64,000 nt of DNA from Tubulanus polymorphus. Taxonomy: Eukaryota; Animalia; Nemertea. The translations under genes were made by a program, and so were the position numbers. Of the stretch, positions 1 to 13,170 are shown piece by piece (the stretch's first letter is position 1; each line of letters opens with the position of its first letter). The notes beneath the pieces are model-generated. The model had not been told where the DNA came from and did not search any database. It saw only the letters and a program-made list of their open reading frames with translations. Where the stretch lies: the NCBI RefSeq assembly GCF_964204645.1, contig NC_134035.1, forward strand, positions 372,001-436,000, given 5' to 3'.

Positions 1-275
1 CGTGGTGAGTTGACAGTAGATTCAGTTGACCACCGCGCGTTGACGGTAAATGATAGCAGAGCCAGTTTATCACGCGGTGAGTTGACATTAGGTTCAGTTG
101 ACCACCGCGCGGTGACGGTAAATGATAGCAGAGCCAGTTTATCACGCGGTGAGTTGACATTAGGTTCAGTTGACCACCGCACGTTGACGGTAAATGATAG
201 CAGAGCCAGTTTATCAGGCGGTGAGTTGACATTAGGTTCAGTTGACCACCGCGCGTTGACGGTAAATGATAGCAG
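1..275 (+). repeat. 72-bp tandem repeat (about 4 copies, runs off the window edge), open as a 24-aa repeat
   Basis: Units at about 1, 73, 145, 217; frame 1 is open to TAA at 324. Confidence 0.85.
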
Positions 276-704
276 TGCCAGTCGATCGCTACTTCAATCA
301 AAACGTAAACGTAGACGATCATAAGCGGAATATCGCGATGGTAGCGGATCCGGGTTCGACGACGACGACGAATCGAGACAAGTAAAAGGATGGTCCGGGT
401 AAAGCCTTTTTACGAAATACAATCGAACAAAAACCATTTATGATTACAATTAAGCTCCACTGCGGCATAAAAATCCCTCAACTAACCCGTGGTATATCCC
501 TGAACCAAATAAACAAGAATCCTATATTGGGCGGGTAAAATGTGATAATATGAGAGGAACAAGTTTATCGCGATATCAATATTAAAAAGTTAACAGGGTA
601 AAACATTTCTTCACAGGAATGTTTTCATGTACAGTAAAAATACCAAGGTTACGCCCTCAGTTACAACTGATCTAAACATTAAGTCAGTTTGTATTATTGA
701 ATCT

Positions 705-1195
705 ATTTACATAAGATGGCAGTTAAACTGCGTAATGAAATATGGTTTCAGTAAAAAACGGCGAAGGTATCTTCAGATAGATCGAAGGGAAAAAAATCTC
801 AATGAAATCTGGTTTCAGTAAAAATTGTAAACCTTCAGCAATCTATTTCATCGCAAAATATCAGAGTACAGCAAAACTCTGCATTCAACATTAGATCAGA
901 TTTTAAAACTTATTACATAAGATGGCAGTTAAACTGTGCAATGAAATATGGTTTCAGTAAAAAACGGCGAAGGTATCTTCAGAAGGGAAAAAAATCTCAA
1001 TGAAATCTGGTTTCAGTAAAAACTGTAAACCTTCAGCAATCTATTTCATTGCAAAATATCAGAGTACAGCAAAACTCTGCATTCAACATTAGATCAGATT
1101 TTAAAACTTTTTACATAAGATGGCAGTTAAACTGCGTAATGAAATATGGTTTCAGGAAAACCGTAAACCTTTAGCAATCTATTTCATTGTGAAAT
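705..1195. repeat. ~200-bp tandem repeat, about 2.5 copies
   Basis: ttacataagatggcagttaaactg recurs at about 707, 913 and 1111. Confidence 0.85.
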
Positions 1196-1724
1196 AGATG
1201 AAAATATATATAGTTGACCTCATCATCACATTGTTATAACGGGTGGGTGGGGCCCCCCAAAACATATTGAAGTCCAAGGGCCCCCAACTAGATCTAATTG
1301 CCAAGCCACATAAAGATCAGTAATAATATATATACAAAGACCATCAACGGTCCACAGTTAAAGTGTCACAACACTGCAACACATATTCGGATGATAATAA
1401 TTATCATCGTTATCCCGAGGCTCACGCCAATTTATCGAGTTCAAAAAAGTGACTTGGCAATGTTCCGCAGCGGAGAAAAAAACCAATAAAAAACATCCCG
1501 GGACCCACCAAAAAAATAAAAGGGTACTTACTGGCAAAAGCAAACGCATACAGTCGACAGAGGCTCAGATCACAGCGCCGCAGCATAAACCGTGGAACAG
1601 CGCAGAAGCAGTGAAGCACGGACAGAGGAGAGCATGGAAGAGGCGAAGGTATCTTCAGATAGATCGAAGGCAAAAAAAGGGTAACCAGCAGCAAAACACA
1701 CGTAGTCAACTAATTTGACCTACG

Positions 1725-3080
1725 AAATAACGAATGAGTAGTCATATACTTGAACTAACGAATGAGTAGTCGTATACTTGAACTAACGAATGAGTAGTCG
1801 TATACTTGAACTAACGAATGAGTAGTCATATACTTGAACTAACGAATGAGTAGTCATATACTTGAACTAACGAATGAGTAGTCGTATACTAGAACTAACG
1901 AATGAGTAGTCATATACTAGAACTAACGAATGAGTAGTCGTATACTTGAACTAACGAATGAGTAGTCGTATACTAGAACTAACGAAAGAGTAGTCGTATA
2001 CTTGAACTAACGAATGAGTAGTCGTATACTTGAACTAACGAATGAGTAGTCGTATACTTGAACTAACGAATGAGTAGTCATATACTTGAACTAACGAATG
2101 AGTAGTCATATACTTGAACTAACGAATGAGTAGTCGTATACTAGAACTAACGAATGAGTAGTCATATACTAGAACTAACGAATGAGTAGTCGTATACTTG
2201 AACTAACGAATGAGTAGTCGTATACTAGAACTAACGAAAGAGTAGTCGTATACTTGAACTAACGAATGAGTAGTCGTATACTTGAACTAACGAATGAGTA
2301 GTCGTATACTTGAACTAACGAATGAGTAGTCATATACTTGAACTAACGAATGAGTAGTCGTATACTAGAACTAACGAATGAGTAGTCATATACTAGAACT
2401 AACGAATGAGTAGTCATATACTTGAACTAACGAATGAGTAGTCATATACTTGAACTAACGAATGAGTAGTCGTATACTAGAACTAACGAATGAGTAGTCG
2501 TATACTAGAACTAACGAATGAGTAGTCATATACTAGAACTAACGAATGAGTAGTCATATACTTGAACTAACGAATGAGTAGTCATATACTTGAACTAACG
2601 AATGAGTAGTCGTATACTAGAACTAACGAATGAGTAGTCATATACTAGAACTAACGAATGAGTAGTCGTATACTTGAACTAACGAATGAGTAGTCGTATA
2701 CTAGAACTAACGAATGAGTAGTCATATACTAGAACTAACGAATGAGTAGTCATATACTTGAACTAACGAATGAGTAGTCATATACTTGAACTAACGAATG
2801 AGTAGTCGTATACTAGAACTAACGAATGAGTAGTCATATACTAGAACTAACGAATGAGTAGTCGTATACTTGAACTAACGAATGAGTAGTCGTATACTAG
2901 AACTAACGAAAGAGTAGTCGTATACTTGAACTAACGAATGAGTAGTCGTATACTTGAACTAACGAATGAGTAGTCGTATACTTGAACTAACGAATGAGTA
3001 GTCGTATACTTGAACTAACGAATGAGTAGTCGTATACTTGAACTAACGAATGAGTAGTCATACTCTTTGAACTAACGAAC
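1725..3080. repeat. 28-bp minisatellite, about 48 copies (AACTAACGAATGAGTAGTCRTATACTWG)
   Basis: Direct reading; 28-bp period. Confidence 0.95.
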
Positions 3081-3319
3081 ACACTTAGTTTTACATCCAA
3101 GATAAAAGCTTGGTTTAGTTGTAGTGAGTATGTTGTAAACATACTTACATCAAAAATATTGAAAATATTCCTGGATAAGATGCAGAAAGCGAGTGCAACT
3201 TCATACATAGAGAAAGGCTAATGCCTGAACTTTTAACATGAATAACTGCATCGTACTGTAAACTCATTAACAATTACTACCAATTAATGAAACGAATATC
3301 TCGGCATTTTTATATATAG

Positions 3320-6300
3320 GGGATATAGTTTATCTTACCCCAAAGTGAAGAAATGATTCTTGTGGAGCTTATCTTACTCCAAAGAGAATTTCCATGTATT
3401 ACTAAATAAATAGGGGTTATATTCATCTTACTTCAAAGTAAAAGATTCTTACAGGAGCAGCTTGTCTTGTATTTCTTATGTTATATTTATCTTACCCGTA
3501 GGAAAAATGAGATTCTAACAGGGGTGGCTTATCTTACCCCATAGTGAAATGATTCTGACAGGGGTAGCTCATCTTACCCCAAAGTGAAGATTCATGTATT
3601 ACCTAAATAAATAGGGGTTATATTCATCTTACCCCAAAGTAAAAGATTCTCACAGGGGTAGTTTATCTTACCCCAAAGTAAAAGATTCTGACAGGGGTAG
3701 TTTATCTTACCCCAAAGAGAAGATCATGTATTGCTAAATAAATAGGGGTTATATTCATCTTACCCCAAAGTAAAAGATTCTTACAGGGGTAGCTTATCTT
3801 ACTCCAAAGAGAAAAGAGATTCTTACAGGGGTAGTTTATCTTACCCCATAGTAAAATGATTCTTACAGAGATAGCTTATCTTACCCCAAAGGTAAAAGAT
3901 TCTTACAGGGGTAGTTTATCTTACCCCATAGTAAAATGATTCTTACAGGGATAGCTTATCTTACCCCAAAGTAAAAGATTCTTACAGGGATAGCTTATCT
4001 TACCCCAAAGTAAAAGATTCTTACACGGGTAGCTTATCTTACTCCAAAGGTAAAAGAGATTCTTACAGGGGTAGTTTATCTTACCCCAAAGAGAAGATTC
4101 ATGTATTACTAAATAAATAGGGGTTATATTTATCTTACCCCAAAGGTAAAAGATTCTTACAGGGGTAGTTTATCTTACCCCAAAGTAAACAGATTCTTAC
4201 AGGGGTAGTTTATCTTACCCCAAAGAGAAGATTCATGTATTACTAAATAAATAGGGGTTATATTTATCTTACCCCAAAGGTAAAAGATTCTTACAGGGGT
4301 AGTTTATCTTACCCCAAAGTAAACAGATTCTTACAGGGGCAGTTTATCTTACCCCAAAGAGAAGATTCATGTATTACTAAATAAATAGGGGTTATATTTA
4401 TCTTACCCCAAAGGTAAAAGATTCTTACAGGGGTAGTTTATCTTACCCCAAAGTAAACAGATTCTTACAGGGGTAGTTTATCTTACCCCAAAGTAAACAG
4501 ATTCTTACAGGGGCAGTTTATCTTACCCCAAAGAGAAGATTCATGTATTACTAAATAAATAGGGGTTATATTTATCTTACCCCAAAGGTAAAAGATTCTT
4601 ACAGGGGTAGTTTATCTTACCCCAAAGTAAACAGATTCTTACAGGGGTAGCTTATCTTACCCCGAAAAGAAGATCGGGGTTTGAACTCACAGACTGAGCT
4701 CAAACTAGTAAGCCTTACCTCTCCTCAAGGGTACATAACATACACCAAGCTTATCTTACCCCAAGTGAAACATTTTTACAGGGGTTACATTTATCTTACC
4801 CCAAAGTTAAAATAGATTCTTACATGAACAGTTTATCTTACTCCAAAAAGAAGAAAAGATTCATGTATTACTAAACAAGGGTTGTAGTTTATTTTACCCA
4901 AAAGGTAAAAAATAAACACTTTTACAGGACTAGTTTATCTAGGTCAAAAGTGAAAAGCATATATCACCACAAAGTACAGATTCATGCCTTACTAAACAGG
5001 GTTTGTAGCTTAACCTACCCCAAAGTAATAAGATTCTTACAGGGGTAGCTTATCTTACCCCAAAGAGAAGATTCACTGAATAAACAGGTTAGCTTATCTT
5101 ACCCTAAAGTAAAAATAGATTCTTACATGAACAGTTTATCTTTCCCCAAAAAGAAGAAAAGATTCATGTATTACTAAACAAGGGTTGTAGTTTATTTTAC
5201 CCAAAAGGTAAAAAATAAACACTTTTACAGGAATAGTTTATCTAGGTCAAAAGTGAAAAGCATATATCACCACAAAGTACAGATTCATGCCTTACTAAAC
5301 AGGGTTTGTAGCTTAACCTACCCCAAAGTAATAAGATTCTTACAGGGGTAGCTTATCTTACCCCAAAGAGAAGATTCACTGAATAAACAGGTTAGCTTAT
5401 CTTACCCTAAAGTAAAAATAGATTCTTACATGAACAGTTTATCTTTCCCCAAAAAGAAGAAAAGATTCATGTATTAATAAACAAGGGTTGTAGTTTATTT
5501 TACCCAAAAGGTAAATAAACACTTTTACAGGACTAGTTTATCTAGGTTAAAAGCATATATCACCACAAAGTACAGATTCATGCCTTACTAAACAGGGTTT
5601 GTAGCTTAACCTACCCCAAAGTAATAAGATTCTTACAGGGGTAGCTTATCTTACCCCGAAAAGAAGATCGGGGTTTGAACTCACAGACTGAGCTCAAACT
5701 AGTAAGCCTTACCTCTCCTCAAGGGTACATAACATACACCAAGCTTATCTTACCCCAAGTGAAACATTTTTACAGGGGTTGTAGCCTATCTTACCTCAAA
5801 GTGAAGAAAAGATTCTGACAAGTTTTTCTTTTATTAATAATGTTATATCTATCTTACCCGTAGGAGAAATGAGATTCTAGGAGTAGTTTACCCCAAAGTG
5901 ATATGATTCTTACAGGGGTAGCTCATATTACCCCAAAGTGAAGAAAAGATACATGAGCAGTTTGTCTTGTACTTTTACGATAGATATTTATCTAAGAAAT
6001 GTTGTTGCTTATGAGAGAAATGAGATTCTAACAGGGGTAGTTTATCTTACCCCACAGGGCAAAGAGATTCTAACAGGAGCAGTTTATCTTGCCCCAAAAT
6101 AAAAACATTTTTCCAGGGGTAGCTTATCTTACCCCAAAGAGAAGAGATTCTTACAGGAGCAGTTTGTTTTCCCCCAAAATAAACAGATTCTTACAGGGAT
6201 AGTTTATCTTACCCCAAAGAGAAGATTCACTGAATAAACAGGGGTTGTAGCTTATCTTACCCCAAAGATACTCACAGGGGAAGTATGTCTTACCCCAAAG

Positions 6301-7770
6301 AGAAGATTGTTTGGGGTTTGAACTCATCTAGTTAGCCATACCTCTCCTCAAGGGTACTTAACATACATCAAGCTTATCTTACCCCAAGTGAAACATTTTT
6401 ACAGGGGTTACATTTATCTTACCCCAAAGTTAAAATAGATTCTTACATGAACAGTTTATCTTACTCCAAAAAGAAGAAAAGATTCATGTATTACTAAACA
6501 AGGGTTGTAGTTTATTTTACCCCAAAGGTAAATAAACACTTTTACAGGACTATTTTATCTAGGTTAAAAGCATATATCACCACTAAGTACAGATTCATGC
6601 CTTACTAAACAGGGTTTGTAGCTTAACCTACCCCAAAGTAATAAGATTCTTACAGGGGAAGCTTATCTCGCCCCAAAAAGAAGATTGGGGTTTGAACTCA
6701 CTGACTGAGCTCAAACTAGTAAGCCATCCCTCTCCTCAAGGATAGCTATACATAACATACACCAAGCTTATCTATTCATTTATTAATTATCTATCTTACC
6801 CGTAGGAGAAAAGAGATTCTTACAGGGGTAGCTTATCTTACCCCAAAGATTCTCACAGGGGTAGTTTGTCTTACCCCAAGATAAACAGATTCTTACAGGG
6901 GTAGCTTATCTTACCCCCAAAGAAAAGATTCACTGAATAAACAGGGTAGCTTATCTTACCCCAAAGAGAAGATTCACTGAATAAACAGGGGTTGTAGCTT
7001 ATCTTACCCCAAAGATTCTGACAGGGGAAGTATGTCTTACCCCAAAGAGAGGATTGTTTGGGGTTTGAACTCATCTAGTTAGCCATACCTCTCCTCAAGG
7101 GTACTTAACATACATCAAGCTTATCTTACCCCAAGTGAAACATTTTTACAGGGGTTACATTTATCTTACCCCAACGGAAAAAGTTTCTTGCAGGGGTAGT
7201 TTATCTTACCCCAAAGTAAGAATAGACTCTTACATGAACAGTTTATCTTTCCCCAAAAAGAAAAGATTCATGTATTACTAAACAGGGTTTGTAGCGTTTA
7301 TTTTACCCCAAAAGAGAAGGGATTCTTACTCTTACAGGAGCAGTATATTGATCTTCTACCCAAAAAGATTCTTGTATTACTAAAATAAACATGGGTAGTT
7401 TATCTTACCCCAAAGAGAAAGGTGATTCTAACAGGGGTATTCCGTCGTACCCCAAAGAGATTCTAACAGGGGTAGTCACCCTAATAATAAAAAGATTCTA
7501 ACAGGGGTAGTTTATCTTACCCTAAAGAGAAGAGATTCTAACAGGGGTAGTTTATCTTACCCCAAAGTGGAAATATTATTACAGGTGCAGTTTATATAGG
7601 TCAAAAGTGAAAAGCTTATATTAGCACAAAGTACAGATTCATGTATTGCTAAACAGGGGTTGATAGCTTAAATCTTACCCCAAAGTGATTCCAACAGGTG
7701 CAGTTTATCTTACTTCAAAAAGAAGATTCTTGTATTACTAAACTGGGGCGGTATTCAACTTATCCCAAAG
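3320..7770. repeat. Complex satellite built on a ~40-bp monomer (GATTCTTACAGGGGTAGYTTATCTTACCCCAAAG) with higher-order blocks
   Basis: Dozens of TATCTTACCCCAAAG copies; ~300-bp block repeated at about 4810, 5110, 5410 and 6430. Confidence 0.9.
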
Positions 7771-8206
7771 TGAAAAAAGATTCGTATGATAATAACCGAT
7801 GCATCATTAACCGGGTATTGATACAAAAATAAGTGTTAGATACGCATATTCTCAAATTATAGACACCACACAAAAACCATAAGATTCTACCGCATTTGAA
7901 TCGAACTATAACGTTGTCCGCCCTTCACGGAGGAAATAGTAAAGGGCGCAGAATTCATACAGAAAACAATAGTTTCAACGACAGTCTTAATAACGACCCA
8001 GCTAAATTCAGGGAAGTAAAACCCATTTGGAAATATGGTTATGAACGTCCATTTCAATCGTAATCTAATTTTGCTAGATTTTAATCTAAGTTTGCTCCGA
8101 ATTGGTAATGAACGTCTCCATTTCAATTCTAATGAAATAAATCATTTTGCAAAATTATCGAAGTCTAATTATACTTTTTCTTCTAATTTTAATTCTAATT
8201 TTACAG

Positions 8207-10400
8207 TGGAACAAATTTTTATTGATAGGGTGGAGAATGGTCCGGAGGACATGAAAGAGGCCATAGACCACTTGAACCTTAGTCCCGTGTTGGACGACCA
8301 GCTGGCAGACCCCGTTCCAGCTGCTGCCTTCCCAGTTAGGCGGCCTAGGCAGCGGACCCTCCGGCAGCCGCACCCTGCTGCACAGAGGTGATCCCGTCGC
8401 GTGGACGGGCGGCTGTGGGAGGGGGAGTTACGGGAGGTAAGCATCATTTCAACATCAATGAGATTTGATATTGTACTAACCAGGTGGCGATCGCGTCACC
8501 GAAACCACCAGATGGCGATCCCACCATTTATGCCACCAGATGGAAATTTTATGCTTCATCAGCTAATAACGAAAATGTTGCAGCCGCCGTGATATTTCAA
8601 GGTAAGACATATTCGATTTTAATCAATTAAATCTCAACATCGTCGAGAAGAAAATGTAGCCCCTGATGCAGTCGCCGCTGATGCCACAGAAAATAGTAAG
8701 TCTACACATATTCATGATCCTATTTTAGATATGTCCGTTTGTAGCCAGACATTTTTGGTGGATGGGTTTATATATACTTATGTAAAAGTGGCAAATCTCA
8801 CTTGGCGGAACCAAGAATTCTAAATAAGAGCTGAAACGTTCATATTTTCAGTTGTACATATTGAATACACGCATACCAAGCGGTCCAGTTCCAGTTAAGA
8901 TTCGACTCAGTAGAGTTAAAACATCAAAACGAATTAATTCTATAACTAAATGATCGAAAATATCCATTTCGATTGTGATCAAATTGATAAGTTTAACTAG
9001 ATTCTCAAAGTTCACCAGATGGCGATCCCACCAGTTACGCCACCAGATGGCGATCCCACCAGTTATTACCAGATGGAAATTTTACGCTTCATTAGCTGAT
9101 AATGAAAATGTTGCGGCCGCCGTGACATCTTAGGACGTATTCAATTTTAATCAATTAAATCTTAACATCATGATTGTTATTATATTATAGGAAGAAAATG
9201 CAGCTCCTGCCGCTGCTGCAGTTGTCGCCGCACCTGCACCTGAGCCAGCCCGAAAAGGGCCCGCGTTGGTGCCGTGAAAGTAAGTTTGATTTGCGTCAAA
9301 TCATTTTAAGTTCGATAATCTGGGCAGGGTTTTATAGACCACATCATTTTCTCCTAGGGGTAAATCCTCAACCTTGGCCCGATTTCATAGACCGGGTTTC
9401 AATGTTGCCCCTAGCGGTAAATCCTCAACATAGGTGACAACCACCATTGTAACAATGATAAACTATGGTAATAACTGACAAATTTTTAAATGTTTCCATT
9501 TCGAACCACTTTTCAAGTGATTTTCGCGTCTCTGCACCCACAGTTCATGGTTATTCATGAAGACTTGACCATTATTTCCTGTTTTAAGTCATGTAGATTA
9601 TTATCATTGTGGTTCACCAATGATTATGAGGATATTTTATTGTTTTCAAAATTTGCATCGGAAAAAGAATTATCCCTGAATCTCTCTGGTCCTACCGAGC
9701 TATTCACATATAAGAATCCCTGAACCTTTCCAGTCCTACCGAGCTATTCACATATAGAATCCCTGAACCGAGCTATTCACATATAGAATCCCTGAATCTC
9801 TGGTCCTACCGAGCTATTCACATATAGAATCCCTGAACCTTTCCGGTCCTATAAAACCAAGTTATTCTGATACCGAATTCTCCAAACAGTAAGAAATCAT
9901 TTAATGTTTCGATGATTTAATCAATGTTGATCGTTTTGTTTTTTCCAGAGAGACGAGATACCGTTACGGCGTTCGCCGCAGCTCCGACGCCGTAGAGTAA
10001 GTTTGAATTGTTTACTGAGTTAGTGGTATTCCAGACCTGATAACGACTTTGAGAGTAGTGCCTACATTTTTATGAGCTTTGAAATATCAAAATACTTTCA
10101 AGATCACAATGATTTCTAGTTGTGGTTATTTTTCGATCTCTTTCATCTGAACCTTGGCTGTGGGAGGGGGAGTTACGGGAGGTAAGCATCATCTCAATTT
10201 GTTTATTTAACAATCATTGAAGAGATTAGGCGGAATATCGCCGTGGATCCGCGGTATTTAGTTAATTTTTTGACGCGATGTAAGTACAACTTTTTGCACT
10301 TATATTATACTCTCTACTTTCTCTTTTCACTGATCACATCATTTTTCATCCCCCGCTCGTGTTGAGATAAATATCCTCAACGTATATTGAATAAAGTACT
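8207..10400 (+). pseudogene. Inverted, rearranged pseudogene copy of the 3' part of the micro-exon gene
   Basis: 8207-8436 is an exon 41 paralog with TGG>TGA (8389-8391) and a 6-nt deletion. About 8647-8695 is an exon 40 paralog with a decayed acceptor. 9191-9279 is an exon 40/37 hybrid (89 nt, frameshifted). 9949-9996 is an exon 39 paralog (RDEIPLRRSPQLRRRR). 10157-10195 is a second exon-41 donor end. Flanking introns are also homologous. Confidence 0.8.
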
Positions 10401-11419
10401 GGCTGTAATGGTGTAAAACTATCTTGCTCTATCCGTTATCAATTACACTTTCCTGTTCGACCGATAATCAGAAGATTATGTATCAAAAGAAATCCTAAAT
10501 TATCTCAAATACTGACAAAACTTGAGAGTGAGAAGCAAAAAACATTTTCATGCTGGTATCACGGTTCCCTCAGTTATATGAATTCAGAATTCCCAAGTAT
10601 TTCATGGGTGATTTTTCAATTTTCCCAAATGGCAATGAACACATATCGTCATGCAACAGTCAACATTTTAGCGGTGACTGGTTGATAAAGGTGATTTTCA
10701 ACGGAAATTGCTGAAGAAAGTTGCCCTTGGCAAATACAACATGTGAAATATAATGAATTTCCCAAGTATTTTCCTGATATAAGGAAAATTTTTTCAAATT
10801 CCCAAATATTTCCAAACCGGGAATTATTATTACCAAATTCCCAAGTTTTCCCAATTTCCCTGTTCTGTGGGAACCATACGGTATAATACGCACATCGTAA
10901 ACGGATGCATAGCAAAAATCGAAAAAATAATTTGGTGTCTATAATTTGAGAATGTACCTTTATAAGAATAACTTAGTATACATGTGACTAAATATACACA
11001 TAACTAGACATACACAAACCTAGACATACACATGCCTAGACATACACATGACTAGACATACACATGACTAGACATACACATGACTAGATACACACATGAC
11101 TAGATACACACATGACTAGATACACACATGACTAAGTATTCAGGTGACTAGTCAGAGACTGCATTCGTGTTTTAATAGTTGTTATCATTGTTTCCAGAGG
11201 GTTGGAGAAACCTCTGGGGAGTTACTGGACATATCCCGTGAATCGTAGCGGTCTAACCAGGAAGATGACCATATCCAGACCAACCAGAATACCCGCTTTT
11301 GAAAACCCTTTTACATCTTCCCATATTGCTGGCTGAATGCGTGCTCGCGGCGCGTGTTGGGCGTAAATTCTTGATATCTGCACCGGCAACGTGGACCTGA
11401 GTAAAAGCTCAGCAACAAT

Positions 11420-11830
11420 TTAGAGGGGAGTGGGTAGACCAGGGAGGGAATAGGGCAGGACTATGGGAGAATTTGGGAGGGGAGCAGAAATGGGAGTAAG
11501 AGGGAGATAGAAAAGAGGTAAGGAGGAGGGCAGAGTATAAAGAGAAGAGGATATGAGGGAGGGATGCAGGGAGGGAGGGAGGGATGCAGGGAGGGAGGAC
11601 AAGAAGAAGTGAAAGAGGAGGGCAGAGCATAGAGAGAAGAGATTAGGGCAGGGTAGGGAAGAGGATGTGAAGAGGAAAGGGAGAGAGGGAGGATCAGGTA
11701 TGGGAGAGGATGAGAGGAAGAGGGTTAGGGTAAGGAGAGGGTGGTAAAGGAGAGAGGCAAGAAACGTGGAAGGGAGGAGGAAAAGAAGAGAGAGGAGGAG
11801 CAGGGTAGAGGGTAGAGGAAAGAGGGAGCC
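11420..11830. repeat. Polypurine (GA-rich) low-complexity tract
   Basis: Almost exclusively G/A on the plus strand. Confidence 0.8.
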
Positions 11831-12639
11831 AAAACTAGGGATGCAATATCCAGTTATACTAAGTGAAAATACCAAGAATTTACGTGCCAAGATAAATGGG
11901 GAGGGCCTACAAAAAAGTCTAAGAAAAAAAAACCTAAGAAAACGAAATACCTAAAAAAGTGTTTGGAAAAAAATCAGGAATTTCTGAAAATATTGTGACA
12001 AATTTTGAATATTTTTGCTATATGATTTTTAAGAATGGTCTAAAGAGCAACGAACCCAGTTTCACGAAGTATAATTTGACAATGATTGGTTCTAACTCAA
12101 TCCTAAACTGAATATCTTCGTGAAACTGGGCCCACATAGGAATACCAACCACCCCCATAACCCGAACCCATCCTCAACCATGTCCCTACACCCCATCCCA
12201 GGGTTTAATGGGTTCAGACGACACGCGTGAAGAACTAACAATCATTCTCGCAAAAACAGAACCAACATTCACTGTATACAACATTCACACACACACACGC
12301 ACACACATACTAAGAGAAGCTTCGTAATTGAAACGTTGAAATTAATTTCGAATATTTCATTCAATTAATGGATTCACAAAAAAGCATCAACTCCTTAAAC
12401 GAGTTTCCAAACGTTTTTGTTTAACTTTGCCTAGGATCGAAACATCACGAATTGTTATGAAATCCAAACTCCAAATCTATTTCAAATTTTCAATTACGTT
12501 CTTCTGAGAAAAAACAAAAGAAGACCAATCTTAATAATGATTATTTCAAAAATTTTCTAAAATATCAAAACATTCTCAGTAGTTCCCGACGCAGAAAAAA
12601 TTTTGCCTAGAATTTTGCCTAAGTTAAACCTAATTTAAC

Positions 12640-13170
12640 CTAATATATTTTGTCTGGGATCGATTTTTTCGGATATTTCCTTGAATCATTTGAACACTTG
12701 CCTCAACTTGGGCTTAAACGACAAGTGAAACTGTGTACTCTGAATAAAACATTGTTTCTTATAATCCATTTTACACTGTATCGAAGAATTGTCAACAAGT
12801 CTAATAGGGAGAACAATAGACTCAATTTTTTTAAATAAATCAAAAATAAATTAAGTTCAGAAATTAGCCTACACCTTTCACGCCTAAATACTGAAATATT
12901 TTCCAAATGATCAAAATTATAATTTGTCGGCTTGAAAAAATTGGAAACACATTGTTAGAAATGAAAAAAATGGAGTCTCTTTTCTCTTATTCAACTAGAG
13001 TAGATTCTTTTTCTATCTTTCAATACAGCATAAAATGGATATAAAAGCTAGTTCATTTAGACTGCACCGTTTCACTATCATATCAAGACCAAACTCGAGG
13101 CATGTGTTCAAAAGATTAAGAAAATTATCCCGAAAAATCTACCACAGACAGAAAAATATAAGACTTACGT
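12640..13170. mobile_element. Diverged fold-back element, same family as 39330-39810
   Basis: Left and right halves are reverse-complementary (caacttgg...gtgaaactg...atccattttacactgt versus aaaatggat...gtttcact...ccaaactcg). Confidence 0.6.

Noticed and set aside
1725-3080. CRISPR-like regular 28-bp array
   Set aside because: No unique spacers and no cas genes; eukaryotic minisatellite.
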